From Mytilus edulis (Eukaryota): a stretch of 64,000 nt of DNA. Under the pieces are notes generated by a model. It was not told the origin of the DNA and ran no database searches. It saw nothing but the letters and a program-made list of their open reading frames with translations. The translations under genes were made by a program, and so were the position numbers. Where the stretch lies: NCBI RefSeq assembly GCF_963676685.1, contig NC_092345.1, positions 107,570,001-107,634,000 of the forward strand, written 5' to 3'. Below are positions 13,901 through 25,900 of this stretch, one piece after another; within the stretch, counting starts at the first letter, position 1; each line of letters begins with the position of its first letter.

Positions 13901-16900
13901 AAAAATTTTAAAAAGATGTTAAAAAATATTTTCATATATACTAAAATTTGTATGGCCCACCTAGTGGCAGCATGTTCTTTTTTGTCTGTGTTCATCAGTC
14001 CTTCTGTTCATCTCTCTGTCTTTACCGCTTTAGTTTGAAGGTTTTTGGTGGTCAAGGTAGTTTTTGACCCCAATTTCACAGTCCAGTGAACATAAAAAAT
14101 GATCAGTGTACTATGGACACATTCTTGTTTTTCTGAGGAGTTTAGTGATAGCTGTTGATGTATCGGGGTATTTTGTTTTTTTCTGAGAAGTTGGGTGATA
14201 GTGGTTGATGTACTGGTGGTATTCTGTATTTTTTTCCCTGAGAAGTTGGGTTCAAGTGGTTGATGTACTGACATGAACATTCTGTATTTAAAATTCTAAG
14301 GAGTCAGGTGCTAGTGGTTGATGTTTTCTGTATTTTTCTTAGGAGTCAGGTCCTAGTGGTTTATGTATTGGGGATATTCTATATTAAACATTCTGAGAAG
14401 TCAGGTGCTAGTGGTTGATGTATTGGGAATATTCTGTATTAAAAATTCTGAGGCGTCAGGTGCTAGTGGTTGATGTATTCTATATTTTTTTTATGATTCC
14501 TGTTAATATATTATTCTTTTTTTCAGAGAAAAATTAAGAATAGATAAAGACAGTAAAGGAAACAAAATGTGTATGAACCAATTCCTCAGAGCATACAGTA
14601 CCTGTAGAATACCAGGGGTTCATGTTGATCATTTGTCCTTCAACTTTAAAACAGGTATGTCACGGGAGAAACTCTGAACTACATCACCTGAGCATTAATG
14701 GCATGCAGATGTCAGCTAAAATGATTTTTCAACTCTTAAACAGATCTGCAAGGAAAAGAAACTATATACAGAGCATAGGAGTAGAATTTCATATAAATCA
14801 AGCTGTTTGTTTTCTCTTTTGAATTATTTCATATTTTGTATTAAATACAGGAAAAGGTATTAAACTCAAATGTTGATGGTTATTGTACTGTTTATAAACT
14901 TCATTTGAGTTACTTTGAGTAAATTCAGCTTCTTGTATCCTTAAATTTTGAACTCAATTATGATAATTGTCAAAAAGTTATAATTAGATATCTACTTTTA
15001 GAATCACAAGGAGACACCCCTAGACATGCTGTTCTGATGTACAAGGAGAGGATATTTACATTTGATTGTGTTGATGAAGATTATGACATTTTAACTCCTC
15101 CAGAAATAAGTCAACAGTTACAAAAAATCAAGGATTTCTGCAAGACACATCCACAGGGTCAAGGTGTAGGGGCACTAACAGCACTCGAAAGAACTCCCTG
15201 GGCAGAGGTAAGGAAAGAATTTACCCCAGGACTAGGAGTTTTAGCCCTTTAATAATGAATTTTACCCAACTTTTGCAAATTAGGTAGAGAGTACCGGTAA
15301 ACAGTACAAAAATTAATCAGCTCAACAAGATTAACAAAAAAGATAATGTTATTCCTGAATGATATTTTAGTCTTTAATGTTGGAGAGTAACGGTAGTTGA
15401 AAATGCTTACAGATCCATGTGAGGGACACCAGCTCCTAAGTACGTCTACTATAGGTGTTGTTTTATACTTTACAGATGAGGAGCAGATTGATGGCTTTAC
15501 ATCCAGAAAATTTTCATTATCTTAAGACCATTGAGACTGCAATATGTGTTGTAACTTTAGATGATGCCAACCCTACTAGTGAAGTTGAAGTAAGTTCCCT
15601 GCTTGATCCTTAGTTTATCAATTGATCTGCTTTAAACAATTGTTGAGGGATAATCTCTCAGTAATTGTTTAATATTCACTGGTATTAAAGAGATAATAGT
15701 AACTGCAATTACGATTATCCCAATATGGCGACGGTAGATATAGGTAAAATCTTTACACTCGCTTTTCTTAAATGTAGCATGTTTTTGTCAATAGTTACTC
15801 AGCTGCAAAGTTTATCTATACCATTACATCATATTTGAATCGTAACGGTGCACTGGAATTGTCTAAGAGCTGTGAAAATAGCCGTTGAAAAATTCAGGAT
15901 GATAATCGTAACTCTATGGTATTTTTCTTCTTTGATAATCGTAATTTTCTTTATATGATAATAGTAACTGAAACATAATAAATGTGTCTTTCAGCATTTC
16001 AATGGTATTTTGTGTGTAAAAAATGTAAATGCCCTGTTAAACGATGACATTAACGCATATAAAAATAAATGAAGAAACTTACAGGTTAATATCTAGGATA
16101 AATTTACCTATATATCTCTAATTGATGAGAAAAAGGATGGATTAGCTATATCCCATATTCCAAAAGTGCAATCCTTTCAATTCATTGCTCAAAATGAAAG
16201 TCACGTATACCACATTTTCATATGTCAAAAAAGATATATGCCTGTTTCATTGATTTCAGGAAGGCATTTGATACTATTAATAGAGATGCCCTCTTTTACA
16301 AATTGTCTTATTACAACATAGATGGTCCCTTTTTTTAGTATAATGAAAGATATGTATAAAGAGGTTTTGTACTTGGTAAAGATCTCGGAAGGTATCACTG
16401 ATTTTTTTAATTCCTCAGTTGGGGTAAAACAAGGGTGTATTTTAAGCCCTACATTATTTTCTTTATATATTAATGATTTACCATCTATTTTTGACTCAAC
16501 ATGTGAACCACCCAAGTTAAATGATAATGATATATCATATCTGTTATACGCTGATGATTTAGTTCTTATCAAGAAATTCAGCCGTCCATATTTTTCCTTT
16601 GGATTCACTTTTTTCTATTTTATACTGATATATGATTTTAAAAATTAAATTCAAATGTTTTGATCAAATTCCCATGTATTTTAGGACGTTTCTTTAAACA
16701 GTGTGGATGGTAAAGGATCTAGAATAGTTACCAGTTTATTGTTACTATTGTTTATTGTCACTTTTGTTTTTTGTTACTTTTGTTTATTGTTACTTTTGTT
16801 TATTGTTACTTTTATTTTTTGTTTTTATTAGCCTTACCTATAGTCTTACGAAGCATTTGACAGACGAAAAAAAACCCACAAATATGTATATTGATAAATT

Positions 16901-19900
16901 ACATCAAAGGGCCAAACATGTAGATTATCACAGTCGGAACTGGTTTAATTACAAAGATTTTTATAGATTTTAAAACAAATATTTTGTGCTTCAGAAAAAT
17001 GCATGAAAATTAGGAAAGGCTAATTTATATTTTCATTTAATAGAAAAGTACTAATCATATGGCAAGTATGCAAATACAAAAATGTTCCTTGTTTAGTACC
17101 TTCAATATTTTTCTCTACAATATCTTCCATGCATATGTATGCAGCATACTTTTCATATACCGAGTATTTATGAATTTTTAATAAGTTTGTTTCTAATTTT
17201 GCGGAATGTGCGTTATTTTATTCTCATCTTTGCAGTCATTCTTTGAATAAGTATTTCTTGTAAGAAAATTTAAAGCTACATCAATTTTATTTTTTGATTT
17301 TCGGGCTTTTGGCCAAACTATAAAAGAACACAAATCCATGTTTGTCAATGAACTCCACGTTACTTAATTTCATAATACACAAAGAATCCCATTTAGGGCC
17401 AAACATTCTCTAGTCTTATATAGCATTAAATGTTTTAAGGATGTCATATTATCATAATTCAAAATTGAATTTGTGTTGTTTATAGTTTATATCTGAGATA
17501 CTGAAATTTCAGTGACAGTCATGAAGTAGCTAATATGAATAAAAAGATGTGGTATGTTTGCCAATGAGACAACTTTCCACAAGAGACCAACATGACTCAG
17601 AAATTAACAAATATAGGTCACCGTACGGTCTTCAACAATGAACAAAGCCCATACCGCATAGTCAGCTATAAAAGAAATGACACTGTAAAACACTTTTCAA
17701 AGTTATCCCTTGTTCATCATAACTTTTAAGTTGTGATATCATCCATGAAAAATGATCGAAGTGACATGAAAACTGTAGCCACTAATTTCTCGTCAAACGG
17801 TTTTTGACGAATACTAAATGTCTTTCCTACTTCGTTATGGCATAATAGGGTATGTTCTAGAATTAAATCAGCAGTGGCTTCCCGGGGGCAGAAATAGCAC
17901 ATATAACCACCTACAATAAAATAATTTAAACAATATTAACTATATTTACTATTTACTTCAGGATAAATTATTTTTTGTTTACTGTCTTAATCAGAAATCT
18001 GATGTAAGGTGACACATGCGTGTCGCCTGACAATTATTGTCATGTATCATAATTTCCATCGCTCATTCACATATTTTGTGGCATACCTAGTTTAATAAAT
18101 TTCTGTATATCAACAAAGTTCGTGTTTTCCCATTTCCAAATTTCTTGAAGCTTGTTCACCCTTCCAATTTTATAATATACTAGCATGTAGCTGTTTTCAT
18201 AAGAACAATTAATTATATATGCATAAAAAGAAATGTCATAAGATGTTGGGACGTTTCGTAAATAATTCATCGCCGTAATTTCATAATATGCTATCAGATA
18301 TACGTTTTTAGTGTCAATATCAATAAAACAGTTTCCAGTTACGATTATTTTTTTTATTTTTGAATACCATAATTACGATTATCTTTTTTCCGAGTTATGA
18401 TTATCATCCCGAATTTTTCAACGGCTATTTTCAAAGCGCTTAGACAATTCCAGTGCACCGTTACGATTCAAATATGATGAAATGGTATAGATAAACCTTG
18501 CAGCTGAGTAACTATTGACAAAAACATGCTACAATTAAGAAAAATGAGTGTAAAGATTTTACCTATATCTACCGTCGCCATATTGGGATAATCGTAATTG
18601 CAGTTACGATTATCTCTTTAATACCAGTGATATTCATAACTCTGACACAAGTTGAAGAATGACATGTGAATATAAAGTGTAGAACAGCATTTTATCAGAA
18701 ATCTTTTCTTCCATCAGTTATTTGATCCTGAAATACTTTTCCGGACAATATCAGATTAAGTCCATCTAAGTTTACACTTAAACATTACCTTAATCAAAAT
18801 GTAAATAATTAAATCTAATTATTTTTTTTTAAATAATCTACTCGTGTTTAAACAGTTCAACAATTTTTAGTAGATTCAAAGTTATTTGGCAAATGGCGTC
18901 TTTTACGGTTATGATAGTGATTTGGGTTAGACAGTCTTGACAAAGCCCTGGAAACACACACCAAAGACTGTAGCTGGTTCCTTACTGTCTATGTTTTGTA
19001 AGCAGGCATAAATGGTTTTGTATTCAATTTGTCTTAAATTTATGACCACTCAGCCCACAGCCATCTAGCACTAGGCAAACACTCTCAATAATTATTACAA
19101 GGTGCATTACTTTATGAGACTCTCACCACTTAAAAAAAATAGAAATATAACAAACTCGAAGAAATGTTTTTAATCATAAGGTTTTTCTTCTTCTCATAGT
19201 ATATTCCTCCTTTCTTGGAGCACCAGTGTCACACAGAGACAAAACTCACACCAATAGAAAAAAAATACTACAAACTAGCACCACTCAAGAAACAATTTAA
19301 ATCATCTGAGAGTTCTAGATTGTCTTCTCTTAGTTGTTTCCTCCATTCTTGGAGTACCTTTAGCATACAGAGACAGAACTTAACTCAAACTTAAAAAAAA
19401 AAAATGCTACAAACTAGCACCACAGAGAAATGTTTTAAAAATCAGTGTTCCATGTTGTCTTCCTTTTCTCTGAGTTATTTCCTCCTTTCTAGGAGTGTAT
19501 CACAGACCGAATCTACTAATAGGACAGTTTGAGAAACACGAACCCAAGCTGTGTATCATCATAAACATTTCAAGTAGTATTCAAGCTCATACTGATTTTT
19601 CTAATGAGATTGAATGTTTGTTTGTTACATTGATTCCTTTAGTGTTTTTATTGATCATGTAGAATATATATCATTTCAGTTGTTTCAAAAATCATTGGGT
19701 GGAACACCGATTGACAAATGGTTTGATAAATCACTCAACCTTATCTTTTTTGAAAATGGAACAGCAGGTTCCAACTGTGATGTAAGTATCTAACATGTAT
19801 CCTACAGGTATCCAAAGTACCCTGTATGTATGCTGGGTATCCACAGAAATTGTACAGGTATCTAACAGACATCCAAGGTATCCTTCAAGTATCCTGTAGG

Positions 19901-22900
19901 TATCCTTGCTATCCACAGATATCCTACATGTATCCAAAACATATCCAAGGTATCCTACATGTATCCAAAGTATCGTGTATGTATCCTGGGTATCCACAGG
20001 TATCTTACAGGTATCTTACAGGTATTCGTAGATATTCAAGGTATCCTTCAGGTATCCTACATGTATCTAACACATATCCAAGGTATCCTACATGTATTCT
20101 ATACATATCCTACAGGTATCCAAAGTTATAGAACAGTTATCCACAGGTATCCTACATGTACATTGTATCTAACACATATTCAAGGTATCCTAAATGTATT
20201 CTACACATATCCTACATGTATTCTATACATATCATACATGTATTCTATCCATATCCTACCTGTATCCTATACATATATCCTGCATGTATCCTATACACAT
20301 ATCCTACTGGTATCCTATACATGTATTCCACAGTTTTCAGGTGCACATGTTCATTTATGATGTGAAATTTCAAAATTACTTGCTAAATTACAGTTGTTAA
20401 CCCTGATCTCATTGTTTCTCTGAACAGAAAATTTAAAGTCATGAATCCAGTAAATTCTCAGGGATAAAGTTTTAAGGCAATGTGTCTAACCAATTCAAAT
20501 TAACACTTTGTACACATGTTAATTGTGATTTGAAGATTAATATTTTGTATACCAAATTATTGTTTTGACCCTGATTTCACAGTTCTGACACTTAAACATG
20601 TAAATGTGATAGTCATGATAGTTGTAGCAGGACATGATGTCCCATGGACACCTTCTCTTGTTTATCTTCAGCAGATTCATATTTTTATTTGTTTTTATGC
20701 GTAATCATAATGTATTGCACAAAAGCAAAAACAATTACTATGAATTCAAATCACATAACAAATTCAAGTTCTGTGACTACAGTTATTCTGTGTCAGAAAC
20801 CTATTATGTGTCAAATATTTAACTACAATCCAAATTCATACCTGTATAAAGTGCGAATATTGTGTCCATGTTTTTACCCAACTGTTCAGGGTTTGACCTC
20901 TGCAGTCATATCCAGCTGTGCTCAGCGAAGCAATTAATTGTTTATTGCTCACAATCACTGATTGTATAGTTTATTTATGTTTTATTTATAGCACAAATCT
21001 GCTGATGGTATTGTCAATATCAGGGCCGTAACTAGCCTCTTTTAATAGTGAGGCAAAATATTTTTAGCCGAGCGTAGCGAGGCGAAAAATTTTGGGCGAG
21101 GCGTCTGGGGGCCTTTGCTGAGAAAAATAACGCAAAATCGTGCATTCTGAGCGTTTCCAAGACTCTTCTTGCATTGAAACGGCTTAATTAATTTTTAAAT
21201 ATTTTTTTGGACAATCAGGTCCCAAAGCAAAAACAAAGATTCATTGTAATTTAAGACGTTTAGGTATTAGAGACAACATTAAGGACCGATATGTAGGATA
21301 AAGCAAAAATCCTAATTCTCATAATTATTAATAGCGTATCCGTCTGTCTGTTATTGTCTTGTATTGTGATAAGACTTTGGTGATTTTTTTTATGACTAGA
21401 TTTAAATATAGTGGCATTGCAGTATTATACTTTAAGTACTAGTACTACTTAAGTCCACACTAGGGACCATCTTCACCTTGTTTTACGATCTTTTACGGTA
21501 TTAATGCTTCTTTAAAAGTATTGTTGAAGACAATCCGGCAACTATCAAGATGAAGAGCAGGAACACAAACTTTGACCATTGATCATTTGTATTTTTCTAT
21601 GCATTGATTTTGTGTGAGATTATGTCCCCATACTCCTTTATTGTCTATTAAAGGGTCTCAACACGACTTAATGCAAGTTTAACCTTTCAATGTAAAAGGT
21701 CATATATGGCAACACCTTGTTTTTTTTCTTCAAATTATTTGATACCGGGAAATATGTGACCTTACTTTAATTCAAACCATGTCAGCTATCTAGTTTTATT
21801 TACAATAAAACAAACTGTTTTGTATTCTTTGATATCAATTTCAATTATCCATGCAGAAAGGACAATTGTATTTTGTGTCCACTGAGTAGCATCGCATGTT
21901 CTTAAAATATATTTCTCGCACAATTCTGGACATCGGTGGACATGCAACATTGCAAAACCACGTTTACAAATGAAAATCAACGCTCAGACTATAGTCATAA
22001 AGTAGGACAATAAACGAACAAAAGACAAACACGGAACACAGAAGTACAAACAATAGACCATCAACTCTGAAAACTAAAAGGAAAATAGAAACATGGATAA
22101 CGAAAAACATCCAGGGGATACACCAGAGAGTGAAGAGAACTTGCTTCTTTCAAGACTCTTTCTGTGAAAACAATTTGATATGAAAACAACCTTTTTTTTT
22201 TTTTTTTTTTTTTTACATGAGGCATTTGCCTCATTTGCCTCAATGTAGTTACGGCCCTGAATATATAGATATAGATTGTACCACTGCATCGAGTGCAATA
22301 TGATATTTATCCACTCCAGACAGTTAAATTTTCAAATTTAAAACGCGAGGCTTGCCCGAGCGTTTTAAATATTTAAAATTTAACTGTTGAGAGTAGATAA
22401 ATATCATATTACACAAGATTTGGTGGTGGAATCTGTTTCTCTAATGATTTTCTAACATTATGCAGGCAAACTTATTCCTTCTTTTCGAATGATCTGCAAA
22501 AAGATGTATTCTTTCTATGTGACATCATCAGACATGGTCGCTTTTTTTCATGTCGTCACAATAGGAAATTCAGAGGAAAGCAAGAAAATTCAACGACATA
22601 ATCAGATTTTAACCAATGAAGTACTGAGAGTTGATTAAATTTCTTTTATACAATGGGTGCAGAAAGGGATAAATTGACGAAGAATTAGAGAAATCTATTT
22701 ATAGAACACACCTGCTGATGTTATAGTTGATATGTTTCTATTTATAGCAACATCATCTAATGGTAAAGTTGATATATTTCTATTTATAGCACTCACCTGC
22801 TGATGGTATGGTCTATATTGTATTTAAGTCTTATGTTGAACTGCTTGTATGCAAAACTAAAGGACATTGGCAGGTAATTGTTTTATGTTTCTATTTATAG

Positions 22901-25900
22901 CACACACCAGTGGATGCAATGGTTCTTGTAGCCAGTACATATTATAATGACCTGTTTATTGCTAAAAATAAAGGAAAATGGCAGGTATGGTTTGATTTGG
23001 CTCCTATCAATCCTGTTTGAGAATCACTTTATAAATTAAAGGTTAAATGAAGTTTACCATGCATAGTTTTGCAATGTAGACACTATATCAAATAACCAAT
23101 TACACACCAAGAGGCTGATATGTCAGAGACAGGGTAACAATGGTTTTTATAAACACTGATATTTAACAATGGACATTGCAAAGGAGTTTAAAGAATTTTT
23201 TTTACTTATTTGGATTTTGGAGTAAACCTTGAGGAGTAAAGGGATGATAGGAGAATATGGAAAATATTTGTGCCCTTCAAAGAAACAGAAAATAACTTTT
23301 AAAAGACCTCTAGGGAAAAACTTTATCAGGCAATTTGAGAAGGTACCTTCTACAGGCCTGAAACTGATAATTTACATTTTATAACCAGTGAGACTGATTG
23401 TTTGGTAGCATATGTTTACCTTCTACAGGCCTGAAACTGATAATTTACATTTTATAACCAGTGAGACTGATTGTTTGGTAGCATATATATGTTTACCTTC
23501 GACGGGCCTGAAACTGATAATTTACATTTTATAACCAGTGAGACTGATTGTTTGGTAGCAATGTTTACCTTCGACAGGCCTGAAACTGATAATTTACATT
23601 TTATAACCAGTGAGACTGATTGTTTGGTAGCATATGTTTACCTTCGACAGGCCTGAAACTGATAATTTACATTTTATAACCAGTGAGACTGATTGTTTGG
23701 TAGCAATGTTTACCTTCGACAGGCCGAAACTAATAATTTACATTTTATAACCATTGAGACTGATTGTTTGGTAGCAATGTTTACCTTCGACAGGCCTGAA
23801 ACTGATAATTTACATTTTATAACCAGTGAGACTGATTGTTTGGTAGCAATGTTTACCTTCGACAGGCCGAAACTGATAATTTACATTTTATAACCAGTGA
23901 GACTTGCTATACATGTTTTCTCTTACAGGGAAGTACTACAAAAAGAGATTTACAAGAACCTATACAACTTATATTCCATGTAGATGATGTTATTAGAGAT
24001 AATATAATCAAAGCTAAAATTGACCATAAACAAGTAGTAAGTATTGTTGTGTAAGATGAACGGGCTATGAAAACTCACTAAGATGAGAAAAAAATATATT
24101 GCCTGAGTGCTACTTTTTAAATTTTATTCTATTCAGAAACTGAGGATCCAAATTTTGTTGTTTAAAGTTGATAGGAGGATAATGAAGGTTCTATAGATGC
24201 TCTATAATCAGGGAGTTGTTATAAGGGGATAAGGGGGTTGAGAATATGCTCTATAATAAAGGAGTTGCTATAGTAAGGTAGTTGAGAAAATGCTTTCTTA
24301 TAATGGAGTTGTTATGATAAAAATGTTGAGAAAATGCTCTGTAATAAGGGAGTTGAGAATAGGCTCTAAAATAGTGGAGTTGTTATGATAAGAGAGTCAA
24401 GTAGATGCTCTATAATAAGGGAGTATTTTTTTTATAAATATTTTAAAGAATGAGCACAGATTTTAATTTAATATTTCTATTTTAGTCAGACAATCTGCAG
24501 TGAAGCACAGATTTTAATTTGATATTTCTATTTTAGTCAGACAATCTGCAGTGGAGCACAGATTTTAATTTGATATTTCTATTTTAGTCAGACAGATTTT
24601 AATTTGATATTTCTTTTTTAGTCCGACAATCTGCAGTGTAATGCAAAGTTTTATACAAAATATGGAAAGACATATTTACGCAGAAATAAACTACATCCAG
24701 ATACACATGTACAACTAGCATTACAGTACGCTTACTACAAACTACACAAAAAGTAAGTATAGGCATAAACAACATCCAGATACACATGTACAACTGGCGG
24801 TACACTTACTATAAAATACACAAAAAGTAAGTATAGGCATAAACTACATCCAGATACACATGTACAACTGGCATTACAGTATGCTTACTACAAAATACAC
24901 AAAAAGTAAGTATAGGCATAAACAACATCCAGATACACATGTACAACTAGCATTACAGTACGCTTACTACAAAATACACAAAAAGTAAGTATAGGCATAA
25001 ACTACATCCAGCACACATGTACAACTGGTGGTACACTTACTATAAAATACACAAAAAGTAAGTGTAGACATAAAATACATCTAAACATACTTGCACCACT
25101 AGAATTACAGTACACTTACTATAAAATACACAAAAATTAAATTCATGGCCCATGTAATTTTGTAGTTTTTTATATAAATGCAAAGTTTCAATTCTATTTT
25201 TCAATGGGAACCAATTTCTTAAATATCTTCTTTTGTTGATAACAAAACTTACATTTCAGACCTGGGCCAACATATGAAACAGCAACAATAAGACGATTTT
25301 ATAATGGACGTACAGAGACAATGAGGAGTTGTACAACTGAAGCTTTGGAATGGAGTAAATCTATGTGCAATAAAAATACCTCCGTAAGTCATCTGTACCG
25401 GTATATAAAAATCTATATGACTTCATTGTAATGGATTTTTAAAAATGATAAGTTTATTTGATACTTATATAAAACTTTTATCTTTAAGACATTTAATATA
25501 AAATCAATAGCCAGTAAAGCAGGGGAGACATTTCAGCTTGTGCACTCTTGCTTGACATTTTACAGTGTTTTTTTTTATAGATATTTGAATGTATTATCTT
25601 ATTCACTTGAGTTGTCCTTCTAGCATCGACTAAAGTGTTGATAAATCCCTTGTATACTCCATCAATTATCTCCCTTTGGACAACTATTTTCATTCTTTTT
25701 TTCACTGGGAGCTTTACATTCAACATTAGGCATTTAGGTTTTTGAACAGTCAGTACTTTTTAATCATTTGTTCAAAAATATCATTATAACTGACAACATT
25801 ATTTTAAAAACCTGTTTGAAAACAAACTTCTATGGAGGAGCATGTAGAGAACAGCTGATAATAGGTCAAATAAAACTGTAAAAATTAAAGATGTTTAATA

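Noticed and set aside
16225-16608. 127-aa minus-strand ORF
   Set aside because: It is the antisense shadow of the + strand LINE RT fragment.
19731-20400. Cluster of overlapping ORFs (68-133 aa)
   Set aside because: These are translations of a low-complexity GTATCC repeat in a CROT intron.
23471-23893. Repetitive ORFs (FTFDRPETDNLHF..)
   Set aside because: These are minisatellite translations; only 23929-24036 is a real exon.
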